Position numbers and translations under genes: made by a program. Below the pieces are notes generated by a model. The model worked only from the letters and a program-made list of their open reading frames with translations, was not told the DNA's origin and ran no database searches. 45,485 nucleotides of DNA from Thermoplasmata archaeon (lineage in GTDB: Archaea; Thermoplasmatota; Thermoplasmata; GCA-020350865), in contig CP070751.1 in NCBI GenBank assembly GCA_020348445.1, positions 3,546,165 through 3,591,649 of the forward strand, written 5' to 3'. Below, piece after piece: positions 32,843-41,952 of this stretch; position 1 is the stretch's first letter; each line of letters opens with the position of its first letter.

Positions 32843-34835
32843 TCAAATCCCTGCATATTCCATCAATCTGATCTATCATCTGATTGGTTGTGTAATGCTT
32901 AAGTTCAATTGCACCTGTGGGACATTCTGCTGCACATATCCCACAAGATTTGCACACTGCCTCGATAACAGATGCAGGTTGTCCAATTCCTCCTTCCTCC
33001 TTTTCCTCTATTTCAATTGCTTCATAAGGACAGGCCTCAATGCAAATTCCGCATTGATTGCATAGACCCTCATCTACATGAGCTATAGCAAGATTCATTG
33101 TGATTTCCTTTTTCGAAATAGCCTTCAAGGCAGCAACAGCCGCGGCCCTGGCCTGGGCCACAGAATCAGGAATATCCTTTGGGCCTTGGGCGCAACCACA
33201 TAAATAAATCCCATCGATTTTTGTGTCCACAGGAGCCAATTTGGGGTGCCTCTCAGTAAGGAAATTGTAGGAGTCTTTTTCAAGACGCAGCATTCTTGCT
33301 AGGTTTTCTGCACTTTCATCTGGGACTAGGCCTGTGGAAAGGACCACTAGGTCGGGTTCTATTGTCAATACTTCCCCAACATCTGTGTCCTCTAATCTCG
33401 CAACTAATTTACCCTTACTGCCTTTCATTACCTCGGCAATTTTGCTTCTCACAAAACGAACTCCCTCTTCAGTGGCCCTCTTGTAATATTCCTCATACCC
33501 CTTCCCAAAACTCCTTATATCTGTGTAGGCGAGGTAAATTTCTGCATCTGGATCTTGCTCAGATAAAATCATCATGGCATGCTTGATTGCACTCATGCAA
33601 CATACTCTAGAGCAATAAGGATTGTATTTTTCATCTCTTGAGCCTGCGCATTGAATCATAAGATATTTTTTCGGTATTTTTTCGTCAGAAGGTTTTATGA
33701 CCTTTCCTTCAGTGGGACCTGAAGGATCCATCATCCTGGCAAGCTGTAATTGTGTAATCACATCCTCATGCTCACCATAACCATATTCCAGAATCCCAGT
33801 TGGATCGAACTCCTGCGCGCCAGTTGCCACAATAATGGCTCCAACTTTTAATTCTATATCTTTGTCCTTATGTTTAAAGTCGATTGCATCAGCAGGACAT
33901 ACTTTCTTACACACCCCGCATTTATTCTTGGTTATCTTAATGCAGTTTTTTTTATCGATTACATATGTTCTTGGAAGAGCCTGTGGAAACTGCAGATAGA
34001 TTGCCTTTCTTTTTCCCATTCCCATATCCCATTCGTTTTCAACTTCAACTGGGCATTTCTCAGAGCAATCACCGCATCCCACGCATTTTTTTTTGTCTAC
34101 ATATCTCGCTTTCTTTCTAATGGTCACAACGAAATTACCTATGTATCCTTTTACGTCTACAACCTCTGAATAAGTAAGAATCTCGATTGCAGGATTTCTT
34201 GCAACCTCAGCCATTTTAGGAGATAAAATGCACATTGCACAATCACCTGTTGGAAAGGTCTCCACAAGGCGGGCCATATTGCCGCCAATTGATGGTTTCT
34301 TATCAACCAAAGTTACCTGAAATCCCATATCCGCAACATCCAAAGCCGCTTGAATTCCTGCGATACCCCCTCCTATAACAAGAACAGATTGGGTAACAGG
34401 CACTGTCATCTGGTCTATGGCCTCGAGTTTTTTTGCCCTTGCCACAGCACCTTTGACTATATGCTTTGCTTTTTCTGTGGCTTTTTTAGGCTCACTATGA
34501 TGCACCCATGAAACGTTCTCCCTAATGTTTGCCATCTCAAATTGATAAGGATTTAATCCTGCATCAGCAACTGTAACTCTAAAGGTATGTTCGTGCAGTC
34601 TAGGGGAACATGAAGCCACAACCACCCTGTCGAGCTTCTTCTTGGATATTGCATCAGAGATGGAGTTTTGGCCGTCCTCTGAGCACATGAACTGATGATC
34701 CATTGCAAAGGTAACATCAGGTAGCTTCCTTGCGAACTTGACAACATCCTTTACATCAACTGTGTTGGCAATGTTCGCCCCGCAGTGGCAGACAAAGACA
34801 CCGATGCGGATTTTTTCTTTTTTTGGTTTTTTCAT
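32829..34835 (-). CDS. hdrA: Full-length heterodisulfide reductase subunit A-like flavoprotein
   Basis: RIGVFVCHCG; ASCSPR.HE.TF; VIGGGIAG; TFPT.DC..C; inserted and C-terminal ferredoxin motifs; QC...YCSRVCC. Confidence 0.92.
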   Translation of the reverse strand: MKKPKKEKIRIGVFVCHCGANIANTVDVKDVVKFARKLPDVTFAMDHQFMCSEDGQNSISDAISKKKLDRVVVASCSPRLHEHTFRVTVADAGLNPYQFEMANIRENVSWVHHSEPKKATEKAKHIVKGAVARAKKLEAIDQMTVPVTQSVLVIGGGIAGIQAALDVADMGFQVTLVDKKPSIGGNMARLVETFPTGDCAMCILSPKMAEVARNPAIEILTYSEVVDVKGYIGNFVVTIRKKARYVDKKKCVGCGDCSEKCPVEVENEWDMGMGKRKAIYLQFPQALPRTYVIDKKNCIKITKNKCGVCKKVCPADAIDFKHKDKDIELKVGAIIVATGAQEFDPTGILEYGYGEHEDVITQLQLARMMDPSGPTEGKVIKPSDEKIPKKYLMIQCAGSRDEKYNPYCSRVCCMSAIKHAMMILSEQDPDAEIYLAYTDIRSFGKGYEEYYKRATEEGVRFVRSKIAEVMKGSKGKLVARLEDTDVGEVLTIEPDLVVLSTGLVPDESAENLARMLRLEKDSYNFLTERHPKLAPVDTKIDGIYLCGCAQGPKDIPDSVAQARAAAVAALKAISKKEITMNLAIAHVDEGLCNQCGICIEACPYEAIEIEEKEEGGIGQPASVIEAVCKSCGICAAECPTGAIELKHYTTNQMIDQIDGICRDLNEKI

Positions 34836-34966
34836 ATAATCGCACAGATGATAAATGGTATGGGATATTATAAACTCTTCTCTGAATATGACAATAGAAT
34901 TCGCAAGGTATGACTTTGCGAAGCTTTTTAGTATAAAAAGACCTTCTTGGGCCTTGAGGCATCACC

Positions 34967-36244
34967 TTGGATTTCAAATCGGCGTTCGAGGAGCTAAAGA
35001 AGAAGAAATGGGTATGGATAATATATGTCTCGCTCACAATTCCACTTGATCTGTTTTTGGCCCTTAGTCAAAATTGTTTATCATTGATATTCATTGCTCT
35101 TGTCACTTTTTTGATACCGTTTCTTTTCGGGGTAAGAAGCGTGAGGACATTTTTGATAACAGGAACATTAATCATCGTCATTGTAGGCCTATTATTTGGC
35201 GCGATATACACCCATTTCATGTACAATAGGATGTATTACCCCTATTTAGAAAGGGAATCTGTTGGCGATACATACCTTGTGGAGGGTAAAGTGACCCCTT
35301 ATCTCGGAAGCGAAAATACATCATTTAATTATACTGTTAGATACACAGGAGATGAATCCCCTACTAACATTACTGTTTATGCCAACATCACAAATACGTA
35401 TGGTGAAATTAAAAAGAGCATTCCATTGAGGTATGTCGATGGGCTGTACTACAATGAGACATATCTTGAAAAAGATGTTTTTGCCCATTATTTTGCCATT
35501 CACATCAATTCCACAAATGAATGGAAAACAACAGCAGTGGGTTATGGCCCCATAACTGTTCCCTACTCAGAAATCCTCATGTTACAGATGTTCTTTGGGG
35601 TTCTATCCCTATTAATGTACTCAGGTATGTTCTTCTATATGATCGTGGTTCTATTCTACTGGAGAAAGAGTGGCCAAGAGCAGAGAACGAGATGGGAAGA
35701 GGAACATAAAGCGGCAGAGGAAACAAAGGCTAAAGAACCCAAAGAAAAGACAAAAAAGGATGAATCGGCGGCATCTGGGGCGTTCACATGCACCTCCTGC
35801 GATGCAACAGTGGATGCTGGTGCAACAAGGTGCTGGAACTGCGGCGAGGAATTCGAGGGTGAAGAGGAGGAAAAGATCAAAAAAGAAGAGCCAAAAGAGG
35901 AATTCGAATGTACATCCTGTGGTGCCGATGTGAGTTCTGAGGCAAGTTTCTGTCCCAAATGTGGTGAACCTTTTGAAGATGAGGATGAAGAAGATAAAAA
36001 AGAAGAGGTAAAAGAGGAATTCACTTGCACCTCATGTGGAGCCGATGTGGATGCTGATGCCAACTTCTGTCCCAAATGTGGAGAGCCCTTTGAAGGCGAG
36101 GAAGAGGATGAGGGGGAGGAAGAGGAGAAAAAAGTGGAAGGAAAAAAGAAGGCAGTAAAAGAGGAATTCACATGTGACTCCTGTGGTGCTGATGTGGATG
36201 CAGATGCCACCTCATGCCCGAACTGTGGGGAGCCCTTTGATTAG
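34967..36244 (+). CDS. Membrane protein with an extracellular Ig-like loop and four C-terminal zinc ribbons
   Basis: Three N-terminal hydrophobic segments; loop with several N-x-S/T sequons; one further TM; then four F.C.SC...V......C..CGE.F(E/D) units separated by Glu/Lys linkers. TTG start behind GAGG. Confidence 0.8.
   Translation: MDFKSAFEELKKKKWVWIIYVSLTIPLDLFLALSQNCLSLIFIALVTFLIPFLFGVRSVRTFLITGTLIIVIVGLLFGAIYTHFMYNRMYYPYLERESVGDTYLVEGKVTPYLGSENTSFNYTVRYTGDESPTNITVYANITNTYGEIKKSIPLRYVDGLYYNETYLEKDVFAHYFAIHINSTNEWKTTAVGYGPITVPYSEILMLQMFFGVLSLLMYSGMFFYMIVVLFYWRKSGQEQRTRWEEEHKAAEETKAKEPKEKTKKDESAASGAFTCTSCDATVDAGATRCWNCGEEFEGEEEEKIKKEEPKEEFECTSCGADVSSEASFCPKCGEPFEDEDEEDKKEEVKEEFTCTSCGADVDADANFCPKCGEPFEGEEEDEGEEEEKKVEGKKKAVKEEFTCDSCGADVDADATSCPNCGEPFD
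35783..36241 (+). repeat. Intragenic repeats encoding four zinc ribbons
   Basis: AAAGAGGAATTC...TGTGG...CCC(T/C)TTTGA-type blocks start at 35894, 36011 and 36158 (spacing 117 and 147 nt); a more diverged first copy starts at about 35783. Confidence 0.85.
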
Positions 36245-36304
36245 GAGTAGAGTTTAAACTAGGTAACCCTTAAAAAAATAAGAAAAAGAGAGGGTTTTTG
36301 GATT

Positions 36305-37177
36305 TTAAAAAGTCCAGAGCCCTGCGTATTGATCATATATCTGTGGGTTCATGTTGTAGTTGTATTCAGTCAATACAAAGTTGTGTGCAAGTGGTGTCGC
36401 GTAGGTATATGAATCTTCAACAGTGTTGTATGTGTTCAATCCATCCATGTAGTAGTAGGTGAAGACACCATTTTTCATCCAGTCTGCACCATCCCAGGAT
36501 AACTCAGCTTCATCACAAGCTGCTACAACAACCCTGCCGGAGCCTGCCAGGTCGTCCATTCCTCCAGAATAGCACGAGTCAAATATGAATGCTATCTTCT
36601 GGCTCTCGAAGGAAGAGAATGCATCTCTTAAAAAGCCGTCCAGAATGTGTTTCAGTTCCCAGCATATGATGGTTTCATCGGTGTATTCGGTATCTCCATC
36701 GTTGTATCCATCGTATGTGCTGCCGTGACCGCTGTAAAAGAACACACATTCAGAGTCGGGTCCTTCCCAGCCTGCCATCCACTCTATTGCATCGTATATG
36801 GCCTGCCCTGTTGCCTTCTTGTTCAGTAACAGTTTGATGTTTCCTTCTGGATAGCCCTTGGATATCAGATAGCTTTTCATATCCCTGGCATCGTCGTCGG
36901 TGTATAATAGATCGTTGATTTTCCCTTTATAGTCTGCTATCCCAATGACCACTGCCCATTTGTCCACCGAGGGATCTTCAGGGTCACCCTCATCACCCGG
37001 TTTATCAGGCTTATCTGGTTTGCCTGGAGGCTTGTCCGGTTTGCCCTTGTCATACACGCCTTTGAATCCGTCTCCGTCCTTTTCACGTCCGATGCTTGCT
37101 ATAACTGGTGTTGCAATCGATAGTAAAAATAGTATACCGATTGCAATACATACTATTTTCAAGTAGTTTTTTGACAT
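36305..37177 (-). CDS. Secreted caspase-like (peptidase C14, ortho/metacaspase-type) cysteine protease
   Basis: Signal peptide; GKPDK repeats; WAVVIGIADY; DDA..M...L; His motif FFYSGHG; Cys motif IFDSCYSG; GVFTYY...GL. Confidence 0.88.
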   Translation of the reverse strand: MSKNYLKIVCIAIGILFLLSIATPVIASIGREKDGDGFKGVYDKGKPDKPPGKPDKPDKPGDEGDPEDPSVDKWAVVIGIADYKGKINDLLYTDDDARDMKSYLISKGYPEGNIKLLLNKKATGQAIYDAIEWMAGWEGPDSECVFFYSGHGSTYDGYNDGDTEYTDETIICWELKHILDGFLRDAFSSFESQKIAFIFDSCYSGGMDDLAGSGRVVVAACDEAELSWDGADWMKNGVFTYYYMDGLNTYNTVEDSYTYATPLAHNFVLTEYNYNMNPQIYDQYAGLWTF

Positions 37178-37379
37178 TCGTGTCCCTCCTATTATTTGTC
37201 AGGGTTTTATGGACATGTTAATATATAAACATATCCCCTGCAGACCTCGTATTTGCCCCAAAAACAGCCTTTTGGACTAAATAAAGCTCACGAAATACAG
37301 GTAGATGATCGTGATTTTGAATGAATTCCGAATAACTTTAATAATTGTTATAATTATATAGGGATATGATATAGGAGGC

Positions 37380-39125
37380 GTGAAGGTCATGAGAATTTAC
37401 CGGGTTTCAGTTTTAGCAATCATTGCGATATTGATGTTATCCTTCTATGGTCTATGGCTTGCACCAGAAGAATTAATGGTAAAAGCACAGGGAGTTATAA
37501 CATTAGAGCAGGAAGACGTTACCTATGATGATGATAGTGACGTAGACATCTTTGAGGTTTTTTATAAAAATGATAATGGCAAAGATGGTTCGGTATTTCT
37601 CATATTAGATGATTATCAATACACTATGTATTATTCAACTGGATCTCCTTCTAGTGGGCAAAAGTTCGAGTTAAATGTGGATACATCACTAATTTATGGG
37701 GATTCGGAGTTTTACTTCTATGCAAATGACACAGATGGCAATTACCTCTACTACTATGATCCTTACGGAGATCCGTTTCTAGTCTCTGATTACGTTAATT
37801 TTATTCCGAATTTATATGATCCCGAAGTCTACTCTACAGGTGCAAGTTACATGTTTGAGGTGGTCTATAAGGATTGGAATAGCGATATCGGAAGCGTGTG
37901 GCTAATCTTGGAGGACGATTGGAGCAATATTTGGGAGATGGAGACTCTGGATTATGATCCATATTATGGCCAGACATATTCTGTCTACGTTCCTAAATCC
38001 GAGGTCACATATGACACATTATTTTTCTTCAATGCAACAGATGAACAAGGTGCAGATAGATACCTTCCTGAATTATGGGAGCCATCATACGTGGTGAGGG
38101 ATTATGTGGCAAATGACCCTATTTTATCAAATCCTTATGTTTATTCTGAAGGTTCGGATTGGATTTTTAATGTTACCTACCGTGACCCAGATGGTGATAT
38201 TGGAACTGTTTGGCTATACATAGTAGAAGACGATGACATTGTACAAATGACCTCGTCTGATGCTGACCCTTATAAGGGCATGAATTACAAGATTAGAATA
38301 TCACCTTCGGAAATGACCATCGATGAGGACACCACTTTTTACCTTGGCGCTGATGATGGTGATGAGGGACTTTCTTTACTGTCAGGCACCGATGATTTAC
38401 CATTTAAAGTTGGAGATTTTCCTGAGCCAGGACAGCCCTCAGATAGCGATGGCGATGGCCTGCCCGATAGCTGGGAGCAGGAGCATTTTGGTAATTTGAA
38501 TCAAGATGCGAATGATGACCCTGATAATGATGGCAAAACAAACCTCCAGGAATATCAAGCTGGATCAGATCCCAATAAAAAAGAGGGAGGAGACGGGGAC
38601 GACGGGGGTGGATTCGGCCTTGAAGCAGGATGGGCAGAGGTACTTGTGGGGGTTGCCGCATTGGTGGCTTTGGCAGTTGGCTCTACCTATGGAATGATGA
38701 GAAAGAAGAAGAAGCAGAGCCGCTTTTCTGAGCTACTGACAGAGCTGGATAAGATCTACCGCGACTTTAAGATGTACCCACATAGATGTGAAATCGAGCT
38801 TGAAAAAATGAGGGCAGTGACCAACGAGGATCTGAAACGCGGTATTATAGACGAGAATAACTATTCTATACTCAAAGGCCGCATCGATGAGTTGATCAGG
38901 GAGGTCAGAAGCGACGCCATTCAATCCGAGGTTAAATCCGAGGTTAAGGACCTTCCAAAGGACATAGAGCTTCGCATCAAGGACATGCTGATAGACGGGA
39001 AGATCTCAAGGGATGAGTACGATAAATTGCTCCCCATCATCAAGGGATCAGATATGGCATCTGACGATAAGGAGAAGATGGAGAAAAAATTGGAATCCTG
39101 GGTGCAGGATGATCAAAAACAATGA
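37380..39125 (+). CDS. Surface-anchored protein with three internal repeats, Ca-binding D.DGDG repeats, TM and a cytoplasmic helical domain
   Basis: Repeats FEVFYKNDNGKDGSVFL / FEVVYKDWNSDIGSVWL / FNVTYRDPDGDIGTVWL; DSDGDGLPDSWE and DPDNDGKTNLQEY; TM followed by RKKKK; GTG start behind GGAGG. Confidence 0.75.
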   Translation: MKVMRIYRVSVLAIIAILMLSFYGLWLAPEELMVKAQGVITLEQEDVTYDDDSDVDIFEVFYKNDNGKDGSVFLILDDYQYTMYYSTGSPSSGQKFELNVDTSLIYGDSEFYFYANDTDGNYLYYYDPYGDPFLVSDYVNFIPNLYDPEVYSTGASYMFEVVYKDWNSDIGSVWLILEDDWSNIWEMETLDYDPYYGQTYSVYVPKSEVTYDTLFFFNATDEQGADRYLPELWEPSYVVRDYVANDPILSNPYVYSEGSDWIFNVTYRDPDGDIGTVWLYIVEDDDIVQMTSSDADPYKGMNYKIRISPSEMTIDEDTTFYLGADDGDEGLSLLSGTDDLPFKVGDFPEPGQPSDSDGDGLPDSWEQEHFGNLNQDANDDPDNDGKTNLQEYQAGSDPNKKEGGDGDDGGGFGLEAGWAEVLVGVAALVALAVGSTYGMMRKKKKQSRFSELLTELDKIYRDFKMYPHRCEIELEKMRAVTNEDLKRGIIDENNYSILKGRIDELIREVRSDAIQSEVKSEVKDLPKDIELRIKDMLIDGKISRDEYDKLLPIIKGSDMASDDKEKMEKKLESWVQDDQKQ

Positions 39126-39197
39126 GCGCGGGAAAATTATTTGATAATAAGCACATGTCTTAAAAGTCCCGAAATAAGGCAACAGTTGGGGTTTTTA

Positions 39198-41750
39198 TTA
39201 ATGTTTTTTTTCAGATTTGAATCTCCACCAAATGAAAAAAGAGAGTAATATAACCACGATAGCTATTACTATTAAAATCAAAAGATACATCCATATATTA
39301 AATCCGTTATCACTTCCACTAGGAGGAGCAGACTCAACTAATATAGTAACAACCATCGTATAGCTAGCTAAGCCATCGCTAACAGTGATGCTAACGTTAT
39401 AGATCCCCGCTTTAGAGAATTGATGTGTGGCATTTTTTAAGGTCGAGGTTGTTCCATCACCGAAATTCCAAAGATAGGTAAATGTATTGCTATCAATGTC
39501 AAAGACAGTTATATTGAAATATATAGTATCTGATGTAAAATGATTTGAGTTGTTTAATGGAGAAAGGATAGTCACTATTGGGGGATCATTGACTTCCATG
39601 ACCGTGATTGTGACATTCTCTGATATCAGGTCAGTTAGATTATCAGTTGTATAAAATGTTATAGTCTCGTCTCCTGCCCAATTCTCCAAGGGTATGAAAG
39701 TTACAGAGCCGTTTCGGTGAATTATTACGTTAACATTAGTGTTTCCAGAATAAGTATAGAACAAAGATGAGTTATCAGAATCAAAGAACACATACGTTAA
39801 ATTTACTGTCGTGGAATCTGAGGTATCCTCGTATATATTAAAGTTCGGTATAGGATTGACAATTATTGGGGCGTCATTCACATCTGTCACAGTCACTGTA
39901 AATTGATTGGAAACATTTGTTAAACCATGAGTATCGATGACTTCAATCATTATTTCTATCGTTCCAGTCCAATTATCGTTTGCAGAGTCTGTTAAAGCAT
40001 CCACGCGTAGAAAGTGTCCACTAAATATCGATATATTTACAATGGATGAATTTGAGTAACTAACAACACTGAAAGTCAATTCATCCCAGGAATCAAGGTC
40101 ATCGTTAGCGTATTCAGAGAGGTTTATCAATTGGTTTTCGATTGAATCCTCACTTAATATGTATGTAGACGGAATATTACTAAGCTCTGGCTCCCGATTT
40201 ACAAAGACTGATTTATTGGCTATATTATTTGAAAGATTTGTTTCAAGTGAATTTGTGATCCTGACATAGATATTATGGATTCCATTAGTGATAGGAATCC
40301 AATTAATCATAGCATTGACGCTCTCGCTAATATTTACCGTAACATCTGTAGAATCGATGAAAACACAGCTATTATCGGGATTGCCATCCCAAAATTCTAT
40401 TGTTGCTGAAACATTCTCATTGCCGATGTTTTGGATTATCGTGTTGATTTGGGTCAACACACCCAGATTTGGGACATTATCTGAAAAGGTTATGTCATCT
40501 GGAGATGTTGATAGGTCCGCAAAGACTGGATATTGTTTGTAGTAAATCTCAACATTATCATCCCTATTATCATCCCACACAATATTTATAAAACTTTCAC
40601 TCACTGATATATCAGCTTGCCCGGCACGTTCTGGGTCAAAAGTTAATCTCAAATTTTCGCCCCATGAATGTCCATTGTCGGTGCTATTAATGTAATAAAT
40701 TTCTCCATTGCCGTCAGGTTCTTCTATCCAACTGGTCCACCATACAACGCTGACATTTGCATCATACACATCTATTGAAGAGCCCCAATGATCTCGGTCC
40801 CAATCAGTTAATTGAACATCCTCGCTCCAAGATATCCCGCTATTTTCACTTCGTCTATAATGAGTTTCCCATACACCTGTTGCCCATTCGGAAAATGTGA
40901 CATGAATTATATCCCCATTTGCCACAATGTCAGGATAATCTGAATCTAAGTTCATTGGTGTCAGGTTAAAATCTTCAGACCAGGTTAGGCCACCATCAGA
41001 ACTATTTATATAGAATATAGCCCCCATTGTACTGGAACCAAATCTATCATAATAGTCCATCCAAACAATATGTATATCACTACAATTAACAGCTATTGAT
41101 GGTTCAACTGAGTTTCTAAATAATGAAGTTAATCTCTGTGTAGAGCTCCAAGTTTGGCCATTATCAGAACTATTAATATAATATAGTTGAAGATTTGAAT
41201 CAGAAGCTTCACTATGGTCACTGTATACAACATGAGCTTTACTTCCATTTAATACAATGTCTAACGATTCTGGACTACCTTTTGTTGTTACCGGGCTTAT
41301 TCTTCTTTCGCCTATCCAGGTCTCTCCTCCATCTTCGCTTCGATTATAAAATATTTTTACACCACCCTCTCTATCGTCACTCCAAATAACGTGAATATTA
41401 CTTCCGTTAACAGCAATTTTAGGAAAGAGACTGTAATGAGGAGCATTCGATAGTCTAACATCCTTACTCCAGGTTTTCCCATTATCAGTACTTTTCTTAA
41501 AATATATTTCATAATCGTCATAGGCACCGCCGTTACGCTCATCTTCCCATACAACATATATATTCTCACCATCAATTGAGATACTTGGGTCACCACTATA
41601 TAACGCGGCGTTGGTTAACCTTATATCATCACTCCAACCAGGAGGTTGGGCAATTACTGTTTTTTGATTAAGAACTAACATCAAAAACGTCATAATGAAT
41701 ATTAAGATCAAAACTGTAAAAACTGAATTTCTATACTTTTCTGACACCAC
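39198..41750 (-). CDS. Surface-anchored BNR/Asp-box beta-propeller (sialidase-like fold) protein with CARDB, cadherin-like and PKD domains
   Basis: Six S.D.G.TW-type Asp boxes (STDNGKTW, SEDGGETW, SSDNGQTW, SSDGGLTW, SENSGISW, STDNGHSW); CARDB; VTDVNDAP and EVNDPP cadherin-like joins; PKD YLWNFGDG; C-terminal TM plus RFKSEKKH. Confidence 0.8.
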   Translation of the reverse strand: MVSEKYRNSVFTVLILIFIMTFLMLVLNQKTVIAQPPGWSDDIRLTNAALYSGDPSISIDGENIYVVWEDERNGGAYDDYEIYFKKSTDNGKTWSKDVRLSNAPHYSLFPKIAVNGSNIHVIWSDDREGGVKIFYNRSEDGGETWIGERRISPVTTKGSPESLDIVLNGSKAHVVYSDHSEASDSNLQLYYINSSDNGQTWSSTQRLTSLFRNSVEPSIAVNCSDIHIVWMDYYDRFGSSTMGAIFYINSSDGGLTWSEDFNLTPMNLDSDYPDIVANGDIIHVTFSEWATGVWETHYRRSENSGISWSEDVQLTDWDRDHWGSSIDVYDANVSVVWWTSWIEEPDGNGEIYYINSTDNGHSWGENLRLTFDPERAGQADISVSESFINIVWDDNRDDNVEIYYKQYPVFADLSTSPDDITFSDNVPNLGVLTQINTIIQNIGNENVSATIEFWDGNPDNSCVFIDSTDVTVNISESVNAMINWIPITNGIHNIYVRITNSLETNLSNNIANKSVFVNREPELSNIPSTYILSEDSIENQLINLSEYANDDLDSWDELTFSVVSYSNSSIVNISIFSGHFLRVDALTDSANDNWTGTIEIMIEVIDTHGLTNVSNQFTVTVTDVNDAPIIVNPIPNFNIYEDTSDSTTVNLTYVFFDSDNSSLFYTYSGNTNVNVIIHRNGSVTFIPLENWAGDETITFYTTDNLTDLISENVTITVMEVNDPPIVTILSPLNNSNHFTSDTIYFNITVFDIDSNTFTYLWNFGDGTTSTLKNATHQFSKAGIYNVSITVSDGLASYTMVVTILVESAPPSGSDNGFNIWMYLLILIVIAIVVILLSFFIWWRFKSEKKH

Positions 41751-41952
41751 TTCAAATCTCCAGTCTATAATGAGAATAAGTGATATTTTAAAATATCGTA
41801 AGTTTTAATCTGATTCCGTGAAATTTAACATAGAATGTTATTTTTCAAGTTATTTTTATTACAGTTTTATACATATAATTACAACCTTATGCAAAAATAT
41901 TATATACACGTGAGTAGATGAGGAATAGATAAGTCAGATAGGCGGTGAGGGT

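Noticed and set aside
27218-34835. Evidence for methanogenesis or dissimilatory sulfate reduction
   Set aside because: HdrA, MvhD and Qmo-like architectures occur in many non-methanogenic, non-sulfate-reducing anaerobes; no mcr, mtr, apr or dsr genes are in the window.
27218-34835. Selenocysteine-containing HdrA/MvhD
   Set aside because: All ORFs are open with Cys at the ligand positions; no in-frame UGA is needed.
433-41750. PGF-CTERM/archaeosortase or lipobox sorting signals on the surface proteins
   Set aside because: The C-termini show a plain TM plus basic residues without a PGF motif, and no clear lipobox cysteine follows the signal peptides.
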